Origin: Octopus sinensis
Taxonomy: Eukaryota
Reading direction: 5' to 3'
Assembly (NCBI RefSeq): GCF_006345805.1
Contig: NC_043007.1
Location: 56,234,001 to 56,298,000, forward strand
Length of the DNA: 64,000 bases
Part shown: in pieces, positions 1-15,119 of the stretch
Numbering within the stretch: position 1 is the first letter of the stretch
How the letters are laid out: the number at the start of each line of letters is the position of its first letter
Notes under the pieces: model-generated
What the model was told of the DNA's origin: nothing
The model's input: only the letters and a program-made list of their open reading frames with translations
Database searches by the model: none
Made by a program: the position numbers and the translations under genes

Positions 1-24
1 CAGGAGTTTATATGTGGTTTCATT

Positions 25-310
25 TCAGAGTATGAAGCAGTCGTCTAGGAAACTTTTCCAATTTTCTTTTATGTATTGGGAAAGGTAGTTTCCAAAGGTA
101 GATAATGATTCCTGGTATATTATTACCTCCAGGTAGTCCATTGTTAGGTTCGCAATGATTGGTGCTGCCCTAGTACCCATAGCAATTCCGGATTTTTGTC
201 GGTAAAACGTATTGTCAAACATGAAGTGGTTATTTTGTAGGATGAATTCAACCGATTTAGTTATGAATTCTTTACTGATTCTTTTTGGTATTTCTTCCGG
301 AAATTGGGCA
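25..310 (-). pseudogene. Penelope-like element reverse transcriptase fragment
   Basis: Translation ...FILQNNHFMFDNTFYRQKSGIAMGTRAAPIIANLTM...WKSFLDDCFIL matches PLE RT motifs (QxxGxxMG, YxDD-type FLDD); upstream end broken by microsatellites. Confidence 0.8.
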
Positions 311-384
311 TATATATATATGCACACGCATCCATATACACAGTTGTGTATGTATCCCCCCTCTCTCTCTCTCTCTCTCTCTTC

Positions 385-412
<28 letters not shown>

Positions 413-416
<4 letters not shown>

Positions 417-527
417 TTCGAGGAGTGAAGCAAATAAATATAAGACGTGTGTCTGTGTGTGTCTCTGTGTGTGTACGTATGGAGAATGACAAGTATGCAT
501 ATGTGTGTAATATATATATATATATAT
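413..527 (+). repeat. Near-identical inverted copy of 8785-8898
   Basis: gaagcaaataaatataagacgtgtgtctg...gcatatgtgtgtaatatat is the reverse complement of 8787-8880. Confidence 0.9.
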
Positions 528-1797
528 AGTATGAAAATAATGTGTTTAGATATTCTGTCCGTCATATGCAAAAGTATATGTCAATGGGTGGGAGGATCGG
601 TAGAATGCCTAACAAACTGCTTACGATATTTAGCTACATGTGTATGCGTTCTGAGTCCAAATCTCGTTAAAATCAGTTTGGTTTTTCACCCATTCAGGAT
701 CAATGAAACTAGTGTGATTATTGGGGATGATTTAACCAGTTTTCCTTCGGTTAAAATGAATGGCACTCCGCCAATGTTAGAAATCCTTATTGTCAGTAGT
801 AGTCATAGTTTTAAAGGGTCGATTATTAGTATGAAGTGTGGAATACAGTCCCGCGCCCAGTTAAGAAAAGGTTGATTTTTCCTGTCGTTTCCATGCAATC
901 ACCAGTCCACCTTAATGTTATAGCAATTGTATAATTGCACTTCAATTATAGATTAACATTCAATATATCTGAAGATAGTGCTAGAAGGTTCATGATAATG
1001 CATAATCTTATTTCGGTAACCTTAACATTTTACTTAGGTTTTTACTCCAATCTATCTTCTCAGCAATACTAGGCATGATACAGTATCATATAGTCTCATA
1101 GGTTGTATATCTGAAGAAAATACAAAATTACATAGTAAATCTTCTGATGCCTAAAAGATATTTGGCTGTGGACTTTCTCATTTTCATGCACTTTAGTGAT
1201 GGTGGTGATGGTAGTGGTGGTGGTGGTGGAGTAATGTTTATTTATATTCATAATTAAATAAATATGTAGCTATAGGATGACAAGTGTTAAGGGCCGTGAA
1301 ATGTCTCTTAGGTTATTGACTGACAAAACGCATGATAATGATTTTCCAATGATTTTACCATGACTTTGTAGTGTGTATGGGTGGCAACAGGATATTAATT
1401 AAATTTATTAGCTAAGTCTTTGACAGACGAGGGAAAATAACCCTGAGTGTAAATAACATTAAGTTATCAACAAGTCACCAGGGTGTCCAGAGCGTGCCAT
1501 ATCTGTCCAAAAATTGTTGCCATTCCTAAACGTTTCAATGTAAGTATACCCGGCACATCAACCTATACAATAGTTTTATTATGAAAAACGTCGATTTTCT
1601 GTGTAGTTTACATTGTAATTTCATATAGTAATAGCAATGTTCCCATTAATACCTAATAAATCATTACCCTCCTGATGTCTCCTTCCGATAACGGTATATG
1701 AATGTCAGATGCATTGACTGACAAAGGTATGGACATATATGCATCACTTAAAACGTATATGCTACTGAATACGTGAATATGATACGTTTCTATATGC

Positions 1798-1930
1798 ATA
1801 CATAAATACATACATACATACATACATACATACATACATACATACATACATACATGCATGCATACATACATACATACATACATACATACATACATACATA
1901 CATACATACATACATACATGCATGCATACA
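1798..1930. repeat. (CATA)n microsatellite
   Basis: Direct reading. Confidence 0.98.
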
Positions 1931-2055
1931 TATATGTACAAACATATATAAACACACAAATAGTTGTCAAAACTAAAGCGGGTCGTGGAAAAACATTAAC
2001 GGAAAAGGACACAGAATACATCTCATCACCAAAGTATAAGCGTACGTGTTGGATA

Positions 2056-2091
<36 letters not shown>

Positions 2092-2666
2092 TGAGCGTAT
2101 ATGTGTGTTTGCGTATGTGTGTGTGCGTGTGTGTGTATGTATGTATTGTTGTCAGCGTAAACCCGTATCCAATTCGTAGATATCTAGCGAGTGATTGAGG
2201 CTCTTCATCCTAAAGGGTGCGAAGACTGCCGATTCCTCGGGTAATTGTTCAGGCCATAGAAAAGCCGGTGGGAAACATCGCAAGTGGGGATGGGATGGGA
2301 ACAAAGTAGTGCGAGTCGATCTTTGTGTCTTCAACGTCTGATCTCAGTCCCTTGACGTCGGTTATTTTCCGTCGCGTCTGTTCCCTTGACGATGAGATGC
2401 ATCTTCTGCGATGGTTTTTGGTAAGCACCGTTGATCTTTACAATTCTCTAAATAATAATAATAATAATAATAATAGAATTTTATAAGCTTGAAGTTTAGA
2501 AGCGATTACATGTGAAGTAAAAGCAGCTCTAGTACAATAAGTATTAAATCACAAATACTTAATGTATACGCTTTGTGTATTTTCCGGTGGCTACAATAGC
2601 GTGGTACTTTCAAAGTACCGGGTTGTTAAAACACCTTAGGCCAGTTAACTCACCTTCAGACCCATT

Positions 2667-2818
2667 TGAGAATTATTTATACTATTTATATTTGACGATA
2701 TTTGTCCTCATCTTCTTTGTTGTTAACACAACGTTTCGGCTGATATACCTTCCAGCCTTCATCAGGTGTCTTGAGGAAATTTCGAACCTGGGTTCTCATT
2801 CCTAAGGTATTTTTCGAT
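2667..2818 (-). mobile_element. Hammerhead-containing repeat body (PLE-type), probable 3' half of a composite SINE
   Basis: Homologous inverted copy at 6144-6295; contains CTGATGA...GAAAC on the minus strand. Confidence 0.75.
2725..2770 (-). ncRNA. Minimal type I hammerhead ribozyme (PLE-type), intact core
   Basis: gacac-CUGAUGA-A-ggcug-gaagguauau-cagcc-GAAAC-GUU/gugu(u): stem I 5 bp, stem II 5 bp, palindromic AACGUU instead of a closed stem III. Confidence 0.75.
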
Positions 2819-2835
2819 GTTATTATTATTATTAT

Positions 2836-3733
2836 TTTATGTTTGACTTTTGCTTTGCACTTGTATAAGTTGGATCCAAGTCTCACCCAGAGACCTCAAG
2901 AGACATCAAGTTAGAAATTCATGTTGGTGCTATGCCTAGGGTGTCATATATTTGGTTTTGTACATAGCGTTGTTCTAGAGAATATTTAAGGAACCATAAG
3001 AAAATTATGTTTCTTTTAGAATTTGAGATTACATAGACAGTATTTTAAGGAGGATATGGGCAGTTCCCATGAGCACTATCTTTTGAATTTCTACCATTTT
3101 GGGGTTTCCTGGTATCTGAGCTAGGTAGCAATCAGCCCCTTTTGCTATCATTCCCAGGGCACCTATGACAACAGGTATTGTTTTAGTCTTCAGGTTCCAC
3201 ATTTTGCTAACTTCAATTTCAAGATCTTTATATTTGCTCAGTTTTTAGGTCTTGACAGATACGTTTATATCGATTAGGATAGTATTATCAATGAGGAGGC
3301 ATGATTTTTGTCTGAAGTCTTTCAATATAATGTCTGGCCTATTTGCATCTATCTTTCTGTCAGTTTGAATGGTAAGTTCCAGAGAATGTGATCATTTTCA
3401 AGCACAGCGGGTGGTTTGTGTTCCCACCAGTTTTTATCATGGAGCAAAACCAGGTTTTTGCAAATTACCCAGTGAATATATTGTGCAGCTCTATAATGCC
3501 TGTTGAGATCCTCTCTAGGCGCAAGAAAACTGCACATGGAGACAACATGATCAATGGTCTGATTTTGTTGTTGACATACATGACAGATTGTGAAGGTGCC
3601 GTTCTTTAATATATTGGCCTGGTAGTTCCTTGTAGGTAGGCATTGATCTTGGGCTGCTAATTGATCTTGGGCGGTTTCTGATTTTAAGCCAGAAGCCATT
3701 AGCCATTGAGAGTAAGGGATTTGTCAACATCGG

Positions 3734-3737
<4 letters not shown>
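2836..3737 (-). mobile_element. R4/Dong non-LTR retrotransposon, 3' fragment (family A variant)
   Basis: CHVCQQQNQTIDHVVSMC knuckle and RLE region; (TAT)n on both sides. Confidence 0.85.
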
Positions 3738-3769
<32 letters not shown>

Positions 3770-3779
3770 CATTATTATT

Positions 3780-6068
<2,289 letters not shown>

Positions 6069-6143
6069 CAGGTCACTGCCTGGAATCGAACTCGGAATCT
6101 TGGGGTTAGTAGCCCGCGCTCTTAACCTCTACGCCATATTCCC
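6069..6143 (-). mobile_element. tRNA-derived SINE head with Pol III A and B boxes
   Basis: Minus strand TGGCGTAGAGGTTAAG (A box) ... GAGTTCGATTCC (B box), followed by (AAT)n. Confidence 0.85.
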
Positions 6144-6295
6144 GAAATACCTTAGGAATGAGAACCCAGGTTCAAAATTTCTCCAAGGCTCCTGATGAAG
6201 GCTGGAGGGTATATCTGCCGAAGCGTTGTGTGAACAACAAGATGAGGACAAATATCCATCAAATGTAAATAATGTACATAATTCCTCATCTCTTA
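6144..6295 (+). mobile_element. Second, inverted copy of the hammerhead body (decayed core)
   Basis: cctgatgaaggctggagggtatatctgccgaagcgttgtg: CTGATGA kept, GAAA changed to GAAG, stems I and II mismatched. Confidence 0.8.
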
Positions 6296-6929
6296 AATAT
6301 AGAACTGTACCGTTTGAGAATGATGGACACCGATGTTTCGCCATGTTTGTGGTTTGTCAACATCACATAGCCGCCAGGGTTGAAGGCAAGTCATCAAGCC
6401 AGTCTACGATTTATATGCTCATTGCTTGAAAAACCGTGTGCTAGCATGCCCAGAAATTGCATACCAAAGAGAAAATTTACATATGAAATACAAATAGCCC
6501 TAGTATAATAAATATTATTAACCACATATACTTAACATATATGCTTTGAGTATTTTCCGGTGGCTGCAATAGCGTGGTAGAGTACAAGGTATACATTTTT
6601 AAAATACACTTACAATGTTTGCTACAAACCTTTCTAAGTATATTCGGCTTATAAGAGAAACAAGATCGGTGTCATTTAAAAAGCAGTGATAAATTCACTG
6701 CCACGCCATCTCATATCTCCATGGATGCTATTGTTTAAATATTTAATTTTCCATGCTTAACTTCAAATTGAGAATTTAAGTAGCATTATATGCGAAATAT
6801 GATTGAAAATTCAGAAAACTTGAAATAATATGACGTTTATTACTTCTAATTTTCAAGGTTTTAAAGATAGTAGAGTGTTTAGATTAAATTCCCCGTTTTA
6901 TTGCTAAAATGGAAAGGAAACAATGTAAG

Positions 6930-7060
6930 CAGACAGCCGGGAAATTGAAGGGAAGAAGTTAGTCGGTTATATTGACACATTACTTGACTGGTACATTATT
7001 TTATCGAGTTCGGAAAGATGAAAAGCAAAGCTCATCCAAACAAATTAACACCTGGCATTC
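6930..7060 (-). mobile_element. SINE family 1 fragment
   Basis: Degenerate match to the core shared with 28655-28880 and 32134-32327. Confidence 0.55.
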
Positions 7061-9179
7061 TGTTCGGTTTTATGTATAAAAGGGAATGTATAAGCACGTA
7101 TGCGCGCGCGCATACACGCACACACATCCACACACACACACACGCACACACACCAATCCACACGCACATACACTTACACATGATCACTCCTAAAAGATTC
7201 AACCTCATCTTTTAGGAGTCAACAAAGAATCCTTTGTTATCGCTCGACCTTCCAGACATTGCGGCCCAATCTCTTTGAAATGGCAACTTAGGGCTTGTTT
7301 TTGTCTTAAAAGAAGCAGAATACGATGTATTATGTAATGTAGTTTGAGATGAACTACCTATAACAGACAACATTTTCACGGCTGGAAGAGCTTTCATCAT
7401 ATCTGCTCGAAGAATCTGGTCGAAAACTAAAGGATAAGGAACAATTTTGATTTCTGTCATCGATTTTATTGAAGCTGAGCGCACCTTTTATTCAGGGTGT
7501 GTGACCCATCATCCCCTCCCTTCCAATTTTTTGCTGCTTTCTACCCCTCTTTTTCTTCCTTTTCCTTTCCTTTTCTGTCTTTTTACTGTTTCTTTGCATT
7601 TAAATGCATTTGATGGCAGTAAAAACCAGTAAATAGCACCAGATTTGAGTAATATAGACACAAGCATCTAGCAGGAACAGCTCGGCCATACTCCACGCCT
7701 GGTATATGTATTGAAAACATGGGGCATATTTCTTGAAGAAGATACTGATGCACGTGTATAGGGACTTAAACACGTCAACCAGAGGTGGAGGACAAACACA
7801 GATACAAAGATACACGCACGCACTCACACACACACGCGCACACACATGTGTATATGTGTGTGTGTATGTATGTATATATATATACATATATACATTGTGT
7901 GTGTACACGGCGGGATTTTTCTTTTAGTCTCTGTGTACCAAAACCACTCACAAAATGGGACTGAACCCAGAACTATGTGGTTGGGGTATGGCTTTTGACT
8001 TAACACATATATGGGATTTATTAAGGAAACACATGATACTGTGATTTTTCACAACTCACCCATAGCCTAATTGAAATGAAACGATTAGAACAAGGAATCG
8101 AAGCCGATTTGAAGTTCCGGATGATTATTTCCACCGAGCAGCATTCGCTTCAAGTCTAAATCATGACTTCTTACATAAATAAACAAAAGTCATTAGATTA
8201 ATAGTGTTTTGTCGTAAATGTGAGTATGCTGTGACATTAATATTTTCATTTTTTCAAGGTTATTTACAGCATAAGCGAAGTATAAGCGAAGTGAACTGAT
8301 TTCAATTTCGAATCTCGCCAACCGAAAAGCATTATTGTTGACGATTCTGTATTTCAGTCGTGTATAAAGTAATTCAAGATTGAATACAATTTCGGATGAA
8401 ATTCACGCCCAAATTCAATAACTAACAGACAGACGCCAATTTTCTGAAGTGCTCTGACACTTCCATTAATGTTTTATTAATATATTGGGAATCAGGTTAC
8501 GAAATCTTCTGATATAATTCTCCGAAGTTCTGATAGTATTTTTAAAATAATTTTTCTGTTTGTTTTGTTTAAATCAAATTTCAATTCCAAATCAGAGAGG
8601 AATAAGGCGTTAACGTATACCGAGAACCAAAGCAAATACAAACTTCTAAAGTATTAAAAGAGAATTTACACACACATAGACACACGCATATGCATGCAAG
8701 CATGCTTGTATGTATGTATGTATGTATGTATGTATGTATGTATGTATGTATGTATGTATGTATGTATGTATGTATGTGTATGTATATATATATATATTAC
8801 ACACATATGCATACTTGTCATTCTCCATACGTACACACACAGAGACACACACAGACACACGTCTTATATTTATTTGCTTCAGTCCTTGAAATGTGGCCAT
8901 GCTAGTGCACCGTCTACAATGCCTTTAGCCGATCATATTGGCTCCAGTCCTCATTCTATCGAATTCCATAAGTCGAAACGCTAGGCTATGGGATTATAAA
9001 AAAGCACAGCATAAGCATATAGAGTGTTGATGTACGTACTGCCACAAAACATAAGTGGAAATATGTATATATATATATTTGTGTGTGTGTGAGTGTGTGT
9101 GTGTGTGTAGTTATTCAACAAACTCTTTCGCATTCATATACTAACAGTTTAGATATTAATTATAATAAAATGTGAAAAC

Positions 9180-9304
9180 ATTATTCTATGCTAATTTAGT
9201 TAATTTTATCAAAATCTCTTTTCAGTTTGTAAAATAAATATTTAAATGTAATAAAATGTTTTAATGTTTTAAAAGAAATTAAAGTGCCTACTTTTGGGCC
9301 ACCC

Positions 9305-9309
<5 letters not shown>
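9180..9309 (-). mobile_element. Tc1/mariner-type terminal remnant (single TIR)
   Basis: Minus strand TA-CAGGGTGGCCCAAAAGTAGG resembles a Tc1-type TIR; partner TIR not found. Confidence 0.4.
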
Positions 9310-9335
<26 letters not shown>

Positions 9336-9353
9336 TACACACACACACACGCG

Positions 9354-9441
<88 letters not shown>

Positions 9442-10609
9442 GTAAATCCCAAAAAGAAAAAAAACAAAAAACACAACAAGGCGAGGATGTGGTACATGTA
9501 ATGTATTAGCAGACGCTCTTCTTCGGAAACAGAGGAAAGTCCAATAGAAGGGAAGACGGAGGAAGAAAATCGCCTCCTGTTCACATGTGGTTACATTTAA
9601 AGAGAGAGAGAGAAAGAGAAAGAAAGAGAGAGAAAGAGAGAGAGAGTGAGAAGTAGATATGTGTGTGTGTGCGTCAACGCTGACTCGTGTGCGCGCCTGT
9701 GTGTGCGTGTGTGTGTGTGACACAATATATACTTGGTATTACAAGTTTCCCTTAAAATTCTTTTGTTAAATCGAATTAGTATCTTGGGGGATCAGAAGTA
9801 TTATTGTTGTTATAGTGGTGGTGGAGGAGGGACTGGTGGTGGTGTCAACGGCACGTAGTTCAATTCGCTCGTAATTTGTTTTTCATTTGAACTTAGTGCA
9901 AACCAGCTTTAAATTTTTTGTGGATTATGTAAACTTATATTAATTTTGAGTTGCTGCTCAACTTCTTTTTATTTTCGTCATTTGAGGCAGATTTGAAGAA
10001 TTATATCAGTGGATTTTCCTCTTTAGAGAAAATTACAAATTATGGCGACGAATCAACTGGTAAAAAGCCAAGAGAAGTAAAACTAAGTATTGGAATAGCT
10101 GTGTTGAATCTGCCTTCCCTGTGTTAAAACAAAACCCACCCCTCTCCATACTACTACTGCTAACCCCATTGCCGCTCGAAACAATAACAGCCACAACAAC
10201 AAGAGAAATGAATACAACCAGGATAGTAATAAAACGTAAAATAATAGCAATAACGACGACGACGACGGTAGTGAGAGTTTGAGACAGGAAGAAGAAATGT
10301 ATAATTGCCGCTTGAAAACACCTGAAACTTCCACCTTCACCTCTATCACCGCCACTATCAATACCACTACTACCGCCACCACTATTAACAGCAGCACAAA
10401 TCAAATGAAAGTCAAGATACGACATTTAACAAATCCCAGTTACTGAGTTCGCAGGAGGTATTTCAATTAATTTCACAAAAATTAAAAAAATTATAAAATA
10501 AAAACCCTTACGGCCGAAACGTAAAATTAAATATTTCAAAATTCGTCCTATAAGAAATCAGTCTGAAAACTGTAACTTACATATGTTGATAGTATTGTTT
10601 TATTCTTTT

Positions 10610-11410
10610 ATTGTTTTACTTGTTTCAGTCATTTGACTGGGGCCATGCTGGAGTACCTCTTAAAGATTTTTGCTTTTTTAGTCAAAGAAATCGATCCCAG
10701 GATTTATTCTTTGTGAGCCTAGTATTTATTCTATTGCTCTCTTTTGTCGAACCGCTAAGTTACGGGAGACATAAACACACCAGCATCGGTTGTCAAGCGA
10801 TGGCAGGGGACAAACACAGCCACAAAGACATATATATATATACATACAAAATGGGACAACAAAACATCCAGATAGACAATACAAAGAAAACAAGGACGGA
10901 TCATTCGAAGTTTTCTTTCCTCAGTCAAGCACCAGATTATCCTCGCAATTTCGACTGATTATATTTGAGATTGCTCCAATCTGACCAGCCTCAAGGAAAA
11001 ACTAAGCTAAGAGCATTAGATTCCTTGGAAGAAAACGGCGAATATATACAAAAACAAGGACGGAAAAACCGGACAATGTTACACAAATACAAATACAATA
11101 AAAATAATAATAGGACATAACAACAGGTGCCTTTCGACTAAGGACGAATTGAATTAAGTTGGCGTGTGTGGAAATGAAGCCTTACGGCAGAGATACAAGT
11201 TTTCACAAACACACACACACGTGTGTGTGTGTGTGTATGTATACACGACAGGCTTCTTTCAGTATACGTCTATCAAATCCATTCAGAAGATTTTGGTCGA
11301 CCGAAGGCTATAATAGAAGACACTTGACCAAGGTCCCACTCAGTGAGACTGAATCCGGAACCATGTGATGAGGAAGCCAGCTGCTTACCGCACAGCCATG
11401 TCTGCCCCAG
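10610..11410 (-). mobile_element. SINE family 2 (tRNA head, CORE-like middle, internal microsatellite, 3' tail) interrupted by an insert at about 10850-11190
   Basis: Both halves match uninterrupted copies at 29850-30320 and 62750-63130. Confidence 0.8.
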
Positions 11411-12849
11411 ATTGATGTACGGCACTAAAAACATGTTGTTAGTGGGGAAAATATCACACTGGAGAGGTCAGATTCTCAACGGAGGGTGAGGCCAGGAAAC
11501 AAAAGCAACACCAAAGAGTGACGAACTCGTCCTCATATGAATCTACCTTGGCTGGAGAGTAGTAAGGATAACAATTGTCGGTGTGTACCCAGAAGTAAAC
11601 GTCTGCTGGTTGGTGAGACTTTATTTAACATATTAGAAATATGAATATTCTGCTGGTTTAGAGGCTGCAGAAACAAAATTAGGAAAACCAAGAAATGGAG
11701 CTATTGATACATAATCTATCAACAAAGTATTGAACCCATACTTTGAGGCACAAAACTGTACGTGATGTTTGAGGGCAGAAAGCCAAGGTGTGCCTTGTGA
11801 TGTAACACAAATCTCAAAGCTTTCTGTCTACAGCAACAATATGAACAGGACAGACAGCAAAAGTACCAACGGCAGTATGCAGCAACAGCAATAATGATAG
11901 CAACTGTAACATTAAAACCAATAGCTGCGAATACTGTTGTAAGAACAGCAGCAACAACAGTAACAGGAATAACGGTGACAGAAATTACATCAACATAAAC
12001 AAACCCAACAAAATAAACAGACGTTCCCAACAACAACCGCAACTGAAAGCCCCCAAATAACAACAAAACAAAAAGACAATGACCCACGCCAAGACATTTC
12101 CCGTTTGGGACTATTCAGATATGTAGTATGGTGAAGGTGACGGAGAAGAAAGCCAATGTAAACAAGTAAAAAAACGAGAAAAAAGAAAAAGAGAAACAAA
12201 TTGTGTCAATAAAAATGCCGGGAGGATCAAATGTATAGAAGCACCACTCAACAACGATTCACTGATACCATCTCAAACGACAACACCAACAAAACCATCA
12301 TTCCCTCCTCCTCATCATCATCAGCATCACTGTTAGAATCGCTACTGTCAGACACGACCATCACCACAAACATCAGTAAGTTCAATTATACACCCAGACA
12401 AAGGTGAACGACTAAGAAACATTATAAATTACACGGCCATAAATACAAACAACATAGAAGTTACGGCGCACATGCAACAACACAAGATAAAACTCATAAA
12501 AAGTCATCAATACTCATAAAAAGACATCTAAACAACTCGAAACAAAACGCCATAAAAAACAGATATCTCAACAGAGTAAGAGACTTTACAGTGAGTAGCG
12601 ATAAAAGTTTTTACAAAGAACTGCTTGTTGAAACACCCTCAGATATCCGGAGGGCCGGCTGTGTCCCTCCATATAGTTAGGTCAATGGTCCTTTCTCACC
12701 TGCTTCCTTCTATCGAACATGAAGTCTCTCAAACAGACGTATTCAACTGCTGCTGCATCTGTTGATGTCGTTGTTCTTCTTGCCTGTGATTTGTCTCCTG
12801 ACCATGTCAATTAGTGGTGGGAAAATAATGTCAACAGCCATTATCTAGA

Positions 12850-13790
12850 GTAGATGTAGCCTCCTATGTCTATAATAGTGCAGAAATCTTATTAAGAGCT
12901 GTTAGAGTAACAGGAGATTGGGAAACCGAAAAGCTGAATGAGGTTAAAAACCAGAGAAAAGAAGATAGATTATTTGACTGGCAAGAGAAGGCTATGCATA
13001 GTAGATTTCCAAAGATAGTGGCCGAAAATCGTAATAGTGAGGTAAGGCTGTGGTAGCAGAAAGGAATGCTGAATATGGGGACAGTTTATTAGTAGCAGCA
13101 CAAGATCAAACATTAAGGACTAACTGGATACAAGCCAAGACAGACAAAAATCGGGTAGATTCCTAATGTAGATTATGTAAATCAAAGGAGGAAAGTGTTA
13201 CTCATGTAGTTAATGAATGCAGTATGCTGACACAAAAAGAATACAAGAAAAGACATGGCAAACTCGAGAGCATAATCCACAGGGAGTAGTGTAGAAAGCT
13301 AGTATTAGAACATACTGATGAATGGTATGAACATCAACCTAGTAAAGTGCTATAAAGTAAGAAATATAAGATGTGGGATTTTAACATTCAGACTGACAGA
13401 ATTTAGAAGGTGCAGTAATAGACAAAGAGAATAGAAAGAGCCAGGTAATTGGCTTCACAGTCCCAAATGATGAGAAAATCAATATGATCGGTATAGAGAA
13501 AATAGCAAAGTACCAGGACCTAGCCATTGAGTAATAGAGTATATAGAAAGTGCCGATAAAATGTATCTCTGTAGTTATAGGTGCATAAGGAACTACCCTT
13601 AAAGATTTGAACAGATGGATAGAGAATATAGGCATAAAATCTAGTTTAGTGTATCTCCAGCAAACAGTTTTATTAGAAACAACTAGGATACTTAGGACGG
13701 TTCTTTGCATCTAAGGTTACTATTGTAGCCCGATATTATTAACTTCTTTTTCAGCTGTCTAATCTGTTGTGCGCCTAGGAAATGATATTA
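12850..13790 (+). mobile_element. R4/Dong 3' fragment (family D), degenerate
   Basis: LVAAQDQTLRTNWIQA, CRLCKSKEESVTHVVNEC and RLE remnants; 3' UTR shared with 62215-62480. Confidence 0.75.
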
Positions 13791-13859
13791 ATATTAATAA
13801 TCCTTTCTACTATAGAAATTATATTTCTACTATAGAAATTCTAAATTATTTTCCTTTGC

Positions 13860-14225
13860 TTTGGTAGGAGAGCGGGATCTAGTCGATTGCATCGGCCCCT
13901 ATGTTCAAATACACTTTATTTTATCATCCTCGAAAGTTTAAACTCAAAACATAAGGAGCCGGCAATTTTTCCGACTCTTTAACGATTAAGTCAAGTTCAC
14001 CTCTTTACTTTCAAATTTTGGCACAAGAATAGCAGTATGTATGGCGAGAGGCAGTTCAATACACTCGATCCCAGTGCTTCACTGTTACTTTATTTTATCG
14101 ATCTCAATGATGAAAGGCAAGTTGACTCTGGTGAGAATAGAACTCAGGACATAAACAACTGGAACCAATACCGCAAATAATTTTTTCCGATATTCTAATT
14201 ATTCTGCTAATTCACTGCACAAATA
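13860..14225 (-). mobile_element. Two tandem SINE family 1 fragments
   Basis: tcaaattttggcacaag and ttattttatcgatc...gatgaaaggcaag motifs. Confidence 0.65.
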
Positions 14226-14540
14226 GTTCAAATAAAAATGAAATGAAAATGGTTGATTGATAGCCACGGAATCAGCAGGATGTCTCACACCATATTTTGT
14301 GGTTATTATTCCATACATTCTTAATGTGTAACGTGGTATGTTTGTGGTCTATTCTTCTCCTTATATTACCTTATATTGACATAATGACATAGCACCGACT
14401 ACTCATTGACTCGCTGTGCACTCTGAATGAATAAATATGTCGCTTAGATGAACTTAGAGACTGTACTGGCTCGATTACATATGCGTAATTCTATATTTCT
14501 TATATGTATGTGTGTGTGTGTGTGTCTATATATATATATA

Positions 14541-14676
<136 letters not shown>

Positions 14677-15119
14677 AATATATATATATACTTACATAAT
14701 CTGAACGTGCGAATGCGTGTGTGTATGTGATAGACTTTTATAATATATGTTACAATTCATATCGTACTTCAAATAAATTATATCGTAAGTAAAGGTCAAC
14801 AACACAGAATCAGAGTAAATTTATATACAGCTGATGTGTGTTTTTACATGTGTGTCTCCTAAGCGTAAGTGTATATCATGCCATACTATATACAACTGGC
14901 GTCACAGGTTCTCTTAAAATTTGTCTGGTTAAATTAAATTATTGTTGTTGTTGCGAGCTGGTAAAACCGTTAGGTCAGCTTTGAAATTCATCCTTTCGGG
15001 GTCGATGAGATAAGTACCAGTTGAGCACTAAGATCGATGTAATCGACTTACGCATTCCTCCCGAAATAGTTGACCTTCCGCCATTAATATTATTTTGGTT
15101 TGGCTCAGGTTCGGTCTTA

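Noticed and set aside
530-900. Possible upstream continuation of the Penelope RT
   Set aside because: No recognisable PLE motif in any frame.
6069-6143. True tRNA gene
   Set aside because: A and B boxes are present but there is no closing acceptor stem or T-run terminator; it continues into (AAT)n like a SINE head.
13803-13840. Tandem copy of hairpin tttctactatagaaa; similar 36-bp tandem at 59214-59285
   Set aside because: Ordinary slippage duplications, with no evidence of function.
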